A DNA stretch of 64,000 bases from Mobula hypostoma (taxonomy: Eukaryota), in the NCBI RefSeq assembly GCF_963921235.1, contig NC_086097.1, positions 174,470,001 to 174,534,000 on the forward strand. Direction: 5' to 3'. The notes beneath the pieces were generated by a model. That model was not told the DNA's origin. It did no database searches and worked only from the letters and a program-made list of their open reading frames with translations. A program made the position numbers and the translations under genes. Position 1 is the stretch's first letter; every line of letters starts with the position of its first letter. Shown in pieces: positions 12,980-25,520 of this stretch.

Positions 12980-13180
12980 AATAAAAATGGAAAATGCTGG
13001 GATCATTCAGCAGGTCAGGAATCATTAAGGAAAAGAAACAGTTAACGTTTCAGGTGAATTGAAGGATTTTTGATCTGAACTGATGATTCCATTTCTTTTC
13101 AATAGATATTGCCTGACCTGCTGAGTGTACCTAGGGATTTTTGCCTTTATTTCAAATTGCCAACATCTGTAGTCTTGTGA
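12980..13180. mobile_element. Old palindromic Penelope-like terminal repeat
   Basis: AAAATGCTGG...CAGCAGGTCAGG is mirrored by CCTGACCTGCTGAG... Confidence 0.6.
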
Positions 13181-13469
13181 TTTTCATCAATGGGGAGGAT
13201 GAAGTGGATGAAAGTGAGAGAAATTCTTCAAGATAGATGGATTGGTGCAAATGCCCGCAAGGGTAGGGGATTGATCTAGCTGATGTTCATGAGAGGAGTA
13301 GATTGCCCATGGGTCATCCTGGTGAAAGATGGAAATTCCACTACCTTGTTTTAGTGGATAGAAAGATGATTAAAATTCTGGGATATGAAATTACTAAAGT
13401 AGAAGAGGAAAAAAATTAAGTAGGTAGTTATTGGAAAAGGAAAAACACTTATAGATAGGTAACAAATTA

Positions 13470-13960
13470 TAAACACAAGTAAGTCTGCAGATGCTGTAAA
13501 TCCAAAGCACATACATAAAATGCTGGAGGAACTCAGCAAGTCAGGCAGCATGTATGAAAATGAACAGATAGTCAATGTTTCAGGCTGAGACTCTTCTTCA
13601 GGACTGAGAAGGAAGGGGGAAGATGCTAAAATAACCAGTTGGGGTGGGGGGGAAGGGGCAAGAGACTAGCTGGAAAGTGATAGGTAAAGCCAGGTGGTTG
13701 GGAAAGGTAATGGGCTAGAAAAGAAGGTATCTGATAGGAGAGGGGAGTGGAGCATAGGAGAAAGGGAAGGAGGAGGAGATGTAATAGGTAGGTGAGAAGA
13801 AGTAAAAAGCCAGAGTGGGAAGATAGGGTGGGAACAGTTACAGTTGAGGTAACTTTGGGAATAAGTAGGTTGATGAAAGATGTTGGTTGACAGTTTGTCT
13901 CTAGAGATGGAGACAGAGATATTGAGAAAGAGGAGGGAAATAGCAGGGATAGACTCAATC
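13470..13960 (-). mobile_element. Penelope-like element fragment
   Basis: TCTGCAGATGCTG...AAAATGCTGGAGGAACTCAGC terminal repeat with hammerhead motif. Minus-strand RDKLSTNIFHQPTYSQSYLNCNCSHP resembles the PLE RT thumb (YxKPT...YL...SHP). Confidence 0.75.
13569..13606 (-). ncRNA. Minimal hammerhead ribozyme motif, partly decayed
   Basis: CAGUC-CUGAAGA-AGAGUCUCAGCCU-GAAA-C-AUU-GACUA; core present, stems weakened. Confidence 0.5.
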
Positions 13961-14069
13961 CAAGATGTCCCTAATCTTGGCACCCTTGTGGCAATAAACT
14001 ATCCAGGAATCTTGCTCTTGTCCATAGAGCCTCCTTCCTGTTCCCCTAACCAATGAATCCCACCATCAG

Positions 14070-14370
14070 TCAGGACATGCCCTGTTCTCACTACTACCAT
14101 CGAGGAGGAGTTGCAGGAGCCTGAAGACATGTACGCAACATTTCACAAACAGCTTCTTCCCCTCTGTCATTAGGTTTCTGAATGGACAATGAACTTACAA
14201 ATACTATCTCACATCTTTTTGCTCTCTTTTTGCACTACTTAATTTAATTTTTAGATACATTTCTTATAGTAATTTATAGTTTTAAAAAATTATTATGTGT
14301 TGCAATGTATTGCTGTCAGATAAGGAACAAATTTCATGACGTATATTAGTAATATTAAACCTGATTTTGT
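14070..14370 (+). mobile_element. Rex/L2-like LINE 3' end
   Basis: CTACTACCATCGAGGAGGAG...AACAGCTTCTTCCCCTC (LLPSG...NSFFP) followed by an AT-rich tail. Confidence 0.65.
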
Positions 14371-14409
14371 CTCTGAACAGTTTCTCGTATTCTATCTTGG
14401 TAGTTTACA

Positions 14410-14680
14410 GCAACACACACAAAATGCTGGAGGAACTAAAGTGATCAGGCAGCATCCATGGAAATGAATAGGTAGTTGACATTTGAGGCCAAGACCCTTC
14501 TTCAGTACTGAAAAGGAAGAGGAAGTTGCCAGAATAAAAAGTCGAGAGGAGGGAAGGAGACTAGCTAGGAGGTGATAGGTGAATCAGGTGGGTGGGAAAG
14601 GTCACGGGCTGAAGAAGAAGAAATTGGTGATCTGCAACCTGGTGACATGAACATCAAATTTTCTTACTTCTGGTAACCAC
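14410..14680 (-). mobile_element. Penelope-like element fragment
   Basis: ACACACAAAATGCTGGAGGAAC terminal motif plus purine-rich body shared with the other copies. Confidence 0.7.
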
Positions 14681-17471
14681 TCTCCTTCTGTCCTTTTTCC
14701 ACTTTACTCTAGACCCTCTCCTGATTCAACTGGCTCCATTAACTGTATATCTTTTACCTCTCACCCTATCCATCTGCACATCATCCACTCACTCCTCCTA
14801 TCTAAACGTAAGTATAAGTCTTTCAGAATTGAAATTAGGAAGCCCTTTTCGATGTGATAGATTTTTAGAGATCTTTTCTATAATAAGAGTTAGAGACAGA
14901 TTAATTGCTGAGTATTACAAACAATTTTGGAATATTATTGTCAGAAAAAATAGTTCTACATTCAATTAAGGAAGATAAATCAAAGAATATAAAGGTCTAC
15001 TGCAGATTATGATAATTTACCTAAATAGTGGAAAAGTGTTGAGGTGAATAATAGCTTATTTGTAAAACTGCCACTTTGGAACTATTTGATTCAAAATATT
15101 TGCATAGCATATTGTTAAAGATGTTCTTTGTACACCATATGGTCTTGATGTGGGTTCATTGCTGTAATATGCAATTATGGTCTTGATAAGTAATTGTCAC
15201 ATGTTAAAAAAGTAGCATTATTCTGCAAATTGTGCTCCATATTGACAAGGATTTATCTGTATCTTCTCTGATAATGCAGAATTTCTTCCGCATTATGTTG
15301 AAGTGCCACTCAAGGTTTTGGGTGGAACTCAAACTAACTTTTCGGCAATAAAGTGTGTAGCAGCAAAATCAAACAAATACTAAAATAAAACAATTGCTGC
15401 TAGCCTGTGACTGCTACATAGTGGTTATACTTACATGACGTGCCCACAGCTCCAAAAGTCAAGTCCTTTATTCAATCAGCAAACATGCAGTCTTGAAGTG
15501 ATGAAACTCAAGTGTACAAGTACCCAAATGTAAGCCAAGTGCTATTCAGTAGTCAGCAAAAGATGTGACCGCCGCTGGTCCCAAGCTACGAATCTGCCAT
15601 GAAGTAAGCAAGAATATGTAAATTATTCCCTTTGCTTTTACTGCAACCCCACTCATATGACTAGTTAACATATAAACCCCACAACACAGAATATAAAGCA
15701 GATAGAGAACAGATACGTATGTGGCTCCCACATTGTATGATACTGAATAAAGCTGTTGGAGAAGTAAAGTCTGTTTTTATAGCTTGTTATTTTCAACCAT
15801 TAATCCCATGAGAGTTCCATTTTTTGGTGTACTATAAAATAAATAGAAATTTCGAAATGTAACAGATTTCTTTGCTTAACTCATGTCTTGTTCCTTGCCA
15901 AACAAGTACCCTTTAGTATCTGGAGACATGATTTTTGTACATTTCTCTCAAGAAACAGTGAGAATTCTTGACACCTAATCAAGTCAGCCTGAAATTCGCA
16001 CCTCCACTGTTGATGGATGGAATTTGAAAGCTAATTGCTTAAACCATTGCCTCTCAAAATATTTGCACTGTTTTTTTCATCTTTATTTGGTTGAAGCTGA
16101 GACTGCCTTTCCCAAAGTACTGTGTGTGCTGTAATTTCATACAGTCCTTCTCAGCAGTATTTGATACAGTTCCACAGCAGTGCCCTCACTTGATTCAGCT
16201 TCAAGCTCTCCAAGCTTTACATCCTGAGTTGATAAAGGATTTAATTTATTTATTCCTGTGATGTGAATAGCAGTGATAATTCCATTGTTTATTCTCCGTC
16301 CCAAATTATTCCTGAACTAACGAGGCATTTGAGAATCAGTCATGTGACCAAAAGATGTAAGGATGGAAGGATGGATCTCGTTTCATGATTAACAATATTA
16401 CCACTAGATTTATTTTACAGCCACCAAAATGTTAAGAAGTGGATTGAAATCTCATTTGCAATTATATTGTAAGCAACTGAAAATTAATTTTTTGCTCCAA
16501 AGGGTTTTCGCAAGTTCATGCAGACAAGATGGCCTAAAGGCAATGTTGTTGAATCTTTCTGAAAATTATTTGAATGACTGAAAATTATACTTCTGAATCA
16601 CCTGAAAAGTCCTGTTTTATAAAATAGGCAACTTTGCTGTAGATGTAGAACTTGAATCAGAATCAGGTTTATTATCATTATCTTTTATGACATGAAATGT
16701 GTTGTTTCGCGGCAGCAGAACAGCTTTTAAATTGAACTTAAAATGAAAGAACAAAGGATAAATTACACTGTTCAAATTGGTACTTCAAAATACAATACTT
16801 CAGTGGGAAAAAAAGCAGCTATTTTCAAGTACAACATAAATCAGAAAATGAAAACTTTGGAAAGTAATGGAACTCGCTGAATTTTTACACTGGCTAAGTA
16901 ACAGAATGAAATGCCAATACAGTAGGGAAATGTGAAATACATTCTCAATGGGGAAGAGAAGGCGGCAGGCGAGTAGGGAAAACCACCAAGTATTCCAACA
17001 AAGCAAACCATGAAAATAAACACTTAACACGAAGCAGAAGTAAACAGAGAAATAATATTATTGCTCAGTCAAGTTGTGACTAACTTAGTGAACCTATGAA
17101 ATGTATAAATATTCAAGTCTCTGACCTTCGATCACTGAAGTGTTTTGTCACCTATGAAGTGTTGATGATTGTTTATACTGCGGTTATTACTGAAAATATA
17201 TGGATGATAAAATCATGAGTCTTGTCACCATTCATAAAACTCACTATACAGTTAAAAGAAATTAAGTGTTTGGAGAAAGTGGGAAGGTAAAAAAGTAAAA
17301 TAAAATTTATTTGGAATTCTCTTCATTAATTGTCACCAGGCACCACATTCCACTGAATGATGGGTCTTTGTCCTAAAAAGTTGACTTTATTTCTGTTTCT
17401 ACAGATGCTACCTCACTTGCTGAGTGTTTCCAGCATTTTTAGTTTTTATGCCAGATTTCCAGTAGCTAACT

Positions 17472-20400
17472 GTAAGACAGAGGAGCAGAGTTAGGCCATT
17501 CAGCCCATCGAGTTAGCTCCACTATTCCATCATAGCTGATCCCTGATCCCACTCAACCTCCATACCCTTTGATGTCCTGACCAATCAGAAAATTATCAAT
17601 TTCTATCCTAAACATACCCACCGTCTTGGCCTCCACTGCAGTCTGTGGCAGAGCATTCCACATTTCACTACTCTCTCTGGTTAAAAAAATTCTTCTTACC
17701 TCTGTTCTAACAATAAGTATACCGTTTTGGATACTGTTGGTGGGGATGACCTACCAGGAACAAGTTGCAGTGATCCTGTCTCTGGCACTGAGGTTGGACC
17801 CTCGACTCAGAAGCGGAGGAGGGAAGAGAGGACAGCGGTAGTGATTGGGGATTCTGTAGTCAGGGAGGGCAGATAGGAGATTTTGTGGGGGAGATCGGGA
17901 GTCTCGGATGGTATGTTGCCTCCCTGGTGCCGGGGTCCGGGACACCTCAGATCGGGTGCAGGTTATTCTCGAGAGGGAAGGCAAGAATCCAGATGTTGTG
18001 GTCCATGTAGGGACCAACGACGTGGGTAGGAAGAGTGAGGGGGTCCTGTGTAGTGAGTTCAGGGAGTTAGGTGCGAAGCTGAAGGGTAGGACCTCCAGGA
18101 TAACAATCTCAGGATTGCTACCTGTGCCACGTGCGAGTGAGGTGAGGAACAGAAGGATTATACAGATCAATATGTGGCTGAGAGGATGGTGTAGGAGGGA
18201 GGGCTTCAGGTTTTTAGATAATTGGGCTTTGTTCCAGGGAAGGTGGGATCTGTTCCGATGGGACGGTTTACACCTGAACTGGAGGGGTACTAACATTCTT
18301 GCAGGAAAGTTTGCTAGTGCTGCTTGGGGGGGGGGTTAAACTAAATTTGCAGGGGGCAGGGATCCAGAATGTGAGAGAGGATAGCGAGATGAAGTATAAA
18401 GGACAGGTGGGGACTACACGGTTCCAGAATATTAAGTGTGAAGTAGAGAAAGGTGAGGCGGAACGAGTGATAAGGAGGGTACATATGCAGAGGGATGGTC
18501 TGACGGAGCATGGAGTTAAATATGCAGAAAGAGTAAGTAAATTTAAGAAGGACAACAAAATTCAAGGGGCGTATAGCCCGGTGAGAGTTCGGGGAGCTGG
18601 GTTATGCACAATAGGCAGCGATTTAAACAGAGAGAGGAGAAATGGGTTAAAAATTCTATATCTGAATGCTCGAAGTGTCAGAAATAAGGCGGATGAGCTT
18701 GAAGCTCAGGTGCGAATGGGTAACTATGATGTTGTTGGGATAACGGAGACATGGCTGCAGGGGGATCAGACCTGTGAATTGAATGTACAAGGGTATACGT
18801 GCTATCGAAGGGACAGAAAGGTGGGCAGAGGGGGTGGGGTGGCCCTGTTGGTGAGGAATGAGATTCAGCCCCTTGCAAGGGGGGACATAGAATCAGGAGA
18901 AGTAGAATCAGTGTGGATAGAACTGAGGAACAGTAAGGCCAAAAAGACCCTAATAGGTGTTATCTACAGGCCCCCAAACAGTAGCATGGATATTGGGTGC
19001 AAGTTGAATAGGGAGTTAACAATGGCATGTGGCAAAGGAAATGTCGCAGTAGTTATGGGGGATTTCAACATGCAGGTGAACTGGGAAAATCAGGTTGGTA
19101 CTGGACCCCAGGGTAGGGAGTTTGTAGAGTGCCTACAGGATGCATTTTTGGAGCAGCTTGTATGAGAGCTGACCAGGGATAAGGCTATTCTGGATTTAGT
19201 GTTGTGCAATGAACAGGATTTGATAAGTGATCTTGAAGTAAAGGAGCCATTAGGAGGTAGTGACCATAATATGATGTTTTTATCTGCAAGTTGAGAGGGA
19301 TAAGGGCAAAACAGAAGTGTCAGTATTGCAGTTGAACAAAGGAGACTATGGAGCCATGAGGGAGGAGCTGGCCAAAGTTGACTGGTCGGATATCCTAGCA
19401 GAAAAGACAGTGGAACAGCAGTGGCAGGTATTCTTGGGAATAATGCACAAGGTGCAAAATCAGTTCATCCCCCGGAGAAGGAAGGATTCAAAGGGGGGAA
19501 AGTGGCCACAGTGGTTGACAAAGGAAGTCAGAGATAGCATGGCATTAAAAAAGAAGTATAACAGAGCTAAGGTGAGTGGGAAGACGGATGATTGGGAAAT
19601 TTTTAAGGAGCAACAGAACTTAACTAAAAAGGCAATACAGGGAGAAAAAATGAGGTGTGAACGCAAGCTAGCTAGGAATATAAAGGAGGATAGCAAAAGT
19701 TTTTTTAGGTATGTGAAGAGAAGGAAGATAGTTAAGAACAATGTTGGGCCCTTGAAGAATGAATTGGGAGAAATTGTTATGGGAAACAGAGGAATGGCAG
19801 ACGAATTTAGTAAGTACTTTGGATCTGTCTTCACTAGGGAAGACACAAGCAATCTCCCAGATGTATGGATGGACCAAGGTCATAGGGTAACAGAGGAATT
19901 GAAACAGATTGACATTAGGAAGGAAATGGTGATGAGTAGACTGATGGGACTGAAGGCTAACAAATCCCCAGGTCCAGATGGTCTGCATCCTAGGGTACTA
20001 AAGGAGATGGCTCTGGAAATTGCGGATGCATTGGTGATCATTTTCCAATGTTCCTTAGATTCAGGATCGGTTCCTGAGGATTGGCGAATGGCTAATGTTA
20101 TCCCACTTTTTAAGAAAGGAGGGAGGGAGAAAACAGAGAACTATCGTCCTGTTAGCCTAACATCAGTGGTGGGGAAGATGCTAGAGTCCATTATTAAAGA
20201 TGAAATAGCGGCATATCTTGATAGCAGTGATAGGATTGGGCCAAGCCAGCATGAATTTACCAAGGGCAATTCATGCTTGACTAATCTATTGGAGCTTTTC
20301 GAGGATGTAACCAGGAAGATAGACGCGGGAGATCCAGTGGATGTGGTGTACCTTGACTTTCAGAAGGCATTTGATAAGGTACCACGTAGGAGATTGGTGG

Positions 20401-21862
20401 GTAAAATCAGAGCTCATGGCATTGGGGGGAGGATATTGATGGCATGGATAGAAAACTGGTTGGCAGATAGAAAGCAAAGGGTAGCAGTGAATGGGTGTTT
20501 CTCGGAATGGCAGGTGGTGACTAGTGGGATGCCACAGGGCTCGGTATTGGGACCACAGCTGTTTACGATTTACGTCAATGAATTAAAGGAAGGCATTGTG
20601 AATAACATCAGCAAGTTTGCTGATGATACTAAGCTGGGTGGCAGTGTGACATATGATGAGGATGTTAGGAGAATTCAAGGTGACTTGGATAGGCTGGGTG
20701 AGTGGGCAGAAACTTGGCAGATGGCGTTTAATGTAAATAAGTGTGAGGTTATTCACTTTGGGAGCAAGAACAGGAAGGCAGATTATTATCTGAACGGTGT
20801 GGAGTTAGGTAAGGGTGAAATACAAAGAGATCTAGGAGTACTTGTTCATCAGTCTCTGAAGGTGAATGAGCAAGTGCAGCAGGCAGTGAAGAAGGCTAAT
20901 GGAATGTTGGCCTTTATTACAAAGGGAATTGAGTACAAGAGCAAGGAATTCCTTTTGCATTTGTACAGGGCCCTGGTGAGACCACACCTGGAGTATTGTG
21001 TGCAGTTTTGGTCTCCAGGGTTAAGGAAGGACATCCTGGCTGTGGAGGAGGTGCAGCGTAGGTTCACTAGGTTAATTCCTGGGATATCCAGACTGTCTTA
21101 CGCAGAGAGGTTAGAGAGACTGGGCTTGTACACGCTGGAATTAAGGAGATTGAGGGGGGATCTGATTGAGACATATAAGATTATTAAGGGATTGGACAAA
21201 ATAGAGGGAGGAAATATGTGCCAGATGCTGGGAGAGTCCAGTACCAGAGGGCATGGTTTAAGAATAGGGGATAGGTCATTTAGGACAGAGTTGAGGAGGA
21301 ACTTCTTCTCCCAGAGAGTTGTGGAGGTGTGGAATGCGCTGCCTCAGAAGGCAGTGGAGGCCAATTCTCTGGATGCTTTCAAGAAGGAGCTAGATAGGTA
21401 TCTTATGGATAGGGGAATCAAGGGTTATGGGGACAAGGCAGGAACCGGGTATTGATAGTAGATGATCAGCCATGATCTCAGAATGGCGGTGCAGGCTCGA
21501 AGGGCGAATGGTCTACTTCTGCACCTATTGTCTATTGTCTATAAAGGGTTGCCCCTCAATTTTGAGGCTGTACCCCTTAGTTCTGAAAACCCCCACCATA
21601 GGAAACATTCTCTCTGCATCCTCCCTACTTAGTCTTCCAACTTTCAGTAGGTTTCAATGAGATCCTCCAGCATTCTTCTAAATTCCAGTGAGTACAGGCC
21701 CAAAGCTGCCAAACACTTCTCATACGTTAACCCTTTCATTCCCAGAGTCATCTTCATGATCTTCCTCTGGACTCTCTCCAATGACAAGACATCCTTTCTG
21801 AGATATGGGCCGAAAAGCATTGACAGTGTGGCCTGACTAGTGTCTAATAAAGCCTCAGCATT
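17472..21862 (-). mobile_element. CR1 3' fragment (17472-17710 and 21543-21862) split by a younger + strand CR1
   Basis: The CR1 tail at 17472 runs to TCTGTTCTAA and resumes as AAAGGGTTGCCCCTCAATTTTGAGG at ~21543, collinear with the 5243-8492 copy. Confidence 0.8.
17711..21542 (+). mobile_element. Near full-length CR1 LINE: partial ORF1 (SGNH esterase) and disabled ORF2 (APE endonuclease + RT)
   Basis: ORF1: GDS, VVHVGTND, DGLHLN. ORF2: YLNARS, GITETW, GDFN, then a stop at 19163-19165 and a frameshift near 19275, then a 712-aa RT part with KFADD. CTATTGT tail repeats. Confidence 0.95.
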
Positions 21863-22120
21863 GGAGGATGTAAAGCTTAATTATTTGTGGCAAGTTAAAT
21901 GCATTGTGGTTAAACTTGGAAAATAAAATAACCATGTATATATTGCTTATCTACAATTTATGTTGGCATTTGTTAGAATCTTGTGTAATAATACAACAAA
22001 ATCAGTTTGCTTTCTTATGATAATAATCACTGGTCTTGCACATCAGTTATTTATTAAGCTCTTCCATGTTATTACCAAATAAATGAATTAAATTTGGGTC
22101 TTTTGGTTTCCTTTTTGTAC

Positions 22121-22930
22121 TTTCAATAGGTTTCAATAGGTACATTTAATGTCAGAGAAGTGTATACAGTATACATACTGGAATTCTTTTCTTTGCAGAC
22201 ATCTATGAAAAAAGAGAAGTACCCCAAAGAATGAATGACAGTTAAAGCATTAGAACCCCAAAGCCCCCCCCCCACCGCCAGCTCCCCCTCACAAGCAGCA
22301 GCAAGGCAATGATCCCACCCCCACCAGCAAAGAAGCATCAGCACCTTCCACCAAGTATTTAGGCATGCAGCAAAGCATTAATAAAGACACAGACTTGCAG
22401 GACCCCAAAAAACTAATCGTTCACCTGGTAATTCAACATACCACATATCTCTCTATCTCTCGCGCTCTCTCGCTCTTATATATATGGGAAAAAGAAATGT
22501 CTCTGTTTCACAGTGACAGGGGAGATATAACAATCCACTTACTGGTTTATGATGTTAAGAGTCTGTTGCGTCGCTTTTTCCAAGCTCTTCACCTACAGAG
22601 TCAGCACCAAAAAGGTGCAGCTCTGTGGACACACAACCTCCGACATCTAACCTGCTGCCCCCAGTGTTGCATGTTTTCCTGCGACGCTTCAGTCAGGGGC
22701 ACCAGCCTAGAATCAACACGTCCCCAGAGTCACAAAAATCTGGAACCCCGAAGGTGGGCTTGTCTTCCAGGTTGCGTCCTTGGGATGTCAAAAAGCAGCC
22801 GGTTATGAGGCCCTGAGAGCAGGTCCCTTTCCCATAAAGAACTGAAGTTAGAGCATATCTCCAGGTCAGGGTGTTCAAAAGAACACCCTATGACCAAAAA
22901 GGAAAAAAAGAGATATCAAAGATAGAAATA
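22121..22930 (-). repeat. Unclassified interspersed repeat with a microsatellite-like tail
   Basis: TTTCAATAGG tandem tail at 22121-22140 and a GC-richer body, typical of a non-LTR 3' UTR; family not recognised. Confidence 0.45.
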
Positions 22931-23450
22931 GAGCTGTTCCTGATTATATATTAACTCAGGATATTGTTCCCCATTATCTTCCCACCCTAGAAAACTTTCT
23001 CCCCTTCGAAAGATGGTGGCATATGTGATTAATGCAATTGGCTCTGATAACATTTCTACTCCACAAAGGAATCATTATCCATGCATACAGCGAACTAGCA
23101 ACTGTTACGTCTATTTTAGTGTCACAGCAAAGGCATTCATGTCCTGAACAAACCTTGGTTCAGACACACTTTGAGGAGGAGCAAACAGTGTTTGCTATTT
23201 GTACATCTCTGTAGTTGTTGGACATTAAATCAACTGGAGAATCTAAACACACACCAAAAAAGAAGGACCCATCTCTCTTCAATATGCACAGAGAAGGTGG
23301 TTGAAAAAGCAACACAGAATGCTTTTTACTCTTCACCTTTCTTTTCTTGAGAATTAAGAATTATAGTTTAGCAAGTTTGAATTCCTTTGACTGTTTCCAA
23401 ATATTGAGAGTGAATTTATTCGTTTGTTTTGTTTCTTTTTCTTGATGCAG

Positions 23451-23576
23451 CACCCTTTCATTAAAAATGCCAAATCAGTTTCAATTCTGAGAGATTTAAT
23501 CAGTGAAGCAATGGAAATCAAAGCTAAAAGACATCAAGAGCAGCAAAGAGAAATTGAAGATGATGATGAAAATTCA
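23451..23576 (+). CDS. STK3: STK3 (MST2) internal coding exon, end of the kinase domain (equivalent to human exon 8)
   Basis: Polypyrimidine tract + CAG acceptor (23448-23450) and GTAAGT donor (23577); 126 nt, phase 0/0. Encodes HPFIKNAKSVSILRDLISEAMEIKAKRHQEQQREIEDDDENS, versus human STK3 HPFIKNAKPVSILRDLITEAMEIKAKRHEEQQRELEEEEENS (recalled). Confidence 0.97.
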
Positions 23577-23969
23577 GTAAGTCTTCTAACCAAAGGATTA
23601 TTTGATTTTATTGTGATATATATATTTTTTTCATTAAGACTCTGCTATAAATAAAAATAATAATTTTTTAAAGTTGGTATTATTTCCTAAATGCCAAATT
23701 TCTCTTCGCTTTGAATGCCATCCACGGCCAAGAGCATCGACAATCACATCATAATTTTACATTAATTCTGTTGATTGATTTCTCAGTATCTTGCTTTGAT
23801 GTTGTATCAATCTGATTTGTGTGCACTTTGTATTCAGGTGTAACCAGATTTTGCATTTTAGTTTGTATGAACTTTTGAAGCATTTGACAATTAAAAATGC
23901 AGGAACCAGATACTGCATCTGACTTTTCAGTTGGTGACCTAAATTGCTCACACTTTGCAAATTGAGCTA

Positions 23970-24858
23970 TGAAATGCCAACCTAAGTTAGTAGTGGAGCT
24001 ACTAGGACTTGATGTTTCAATCCCTGTTGTTGGCACTCTTGATGTTGGCAGTGGGTTTGGAGTGGTGACAAGGAGGGAGGGTAGGTACGTCATCGGGGTC
24101 ATCAGGTGGACACCCTCCTTCTTTGACATTTCATTGATAAGCCCACGACGTCTCCAGAGGGCTCAACGGTGCTACCTGGCGTCCCAGATACACCCTCCTC
24201 AGTTCCATACCCTCCTGTCTTCATCTTGCAGCCCAGTTGTTGTCTTTCCTTCTAATCCAAATCCAATTGCTGCTTTCTTCTGCTGCACTTGACAAGGACT
24301 TGATTGCTTGTTGGAGGAAGTGATCCCTCACCCCCATCTTCTTCAATAGATTGGTCGTAGATGTAAGAACGAATCCCCTGCTTCCCACTTCTACAGGGAA
24401 GATCTTGGTCTTCCAGCCATTCTGGGCAGCTTCAGTTGCCAGTTCAGAGTATTTAGTCTTTTTCCTCTCATAAGCTTCTTCAACACCATCTTCCCATGGT
24501 ACTGTCAATTCCACAACATATGCCAGCTTGGCTGTTGTGGACCATAGGACCATGTCTGGCCGGAGTGTTGTAGCTGCAATGTCTGGGGGAAACACAAGCT
24601 TTTTTTCCAAGTTCACATCCATTTTCCAATCCCAAGCAACCTGCAGAATGCTTACATCTTTTGCTGTTATATGGTGCTCTGGAGGTTGGCCTGCTGGTAC
24701 AAATCGTGTAATGTGGACATTTCCTGCTGATGTTTGTGAGAGAGCATTTGTGATGACTCACCTCTGTTACAAGATTGATGCCAGCTGTCTGAGAACTTGG
24801 TTATGCCGCCAAGTGTACTGCCCCTGGGTGAGGCTCGTGGTTCATCCTGTTAAAATGT
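23970..24858 (-). mobile_element. HERO/R2-group non-LTR retrotransposon 3' part (restriction-like endonuclease)
   Basis: HILTG, YTWRHNQVL, LRPDMVLWS, VELTVPWED, ERKKTKY and PVEVGSRGF are RLE (PD-D/ExK) motifs. Confidence 0.88.
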
Positions 24859-25520
24859 AGAATCAGGTTTTATTATCATTGACTTTGTTTTGTGGCAGCA
24901 GAACAGTGCAAAGACATAAAATTACTATGAAAGTAAATAGCACAAAGAAAGGAAGAACAAAGTAGTGTTCATTGACCATTGGATGGCGGAGGAGAAGAAG
25001 CTGTTACTAAAGTTTTGGGTGTGGGTCCTCAGGCATCTTTACCTCTTACACTGATGGTAGTAACATGATGTTGGGAGCCTTTCGTGATGGATGTTGCCTT
25101 TTTGGAACACTGCCTCTTGAAGATGTTCTTGATTGTAGAAGGGTTGTGTCCATGAAGGAGCTGGCTGGGTCTACAATTCTCTGCACCCTCTCACATTCCC
25201 GTGCATTGAAGAGTCCGTACCAGGCTGTGATGCAACCAGTCTTCACTGTACATCAGTAGCAATTTGTAAGAGTCTTTGGTGACGTACCAAATCTTCTCAG
25301 ACCCTAATGAAGTAAGACTGCTGACATGCGTTCTTCATGGTTGCATCGGTATATTGGAACCGGGGTTGATCCTCCAAGATGTTGAAGGAATTTGAAGCTG
25401 CTTATTTTTCCAATGCTGACTCCTCAGAGGGCTGGTATGTGTTTTCCCAACTTCCACTTTCTGTAGTCCACAATCAGTTCCTTGGTCTTGTTGACATTGA
25501 GTGTGAAGTTGTTGTTGTGA
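24859..25520 (-). mobile_element. Rex/L2-like LINE 3' fragment
   Basis: GCITAWYG, ERVQRIV and LLPS motifs; AGAATCAGG tail. Confidence 0.8.

Noticed and set aside
19317..21455. 712-aa RT ORF as an active or domesticated gene
   Set aside because: It is the downstream part of a CR1 ORF2 broken by a stop and a frameshift, with no separate start context.
24080..24160. GAAA...GTC...CTGATGA on the minus strand of the HERO 3' UTR as a hammerhead
   Set aside because: I cannot build convincing stems I and II around the boxes.
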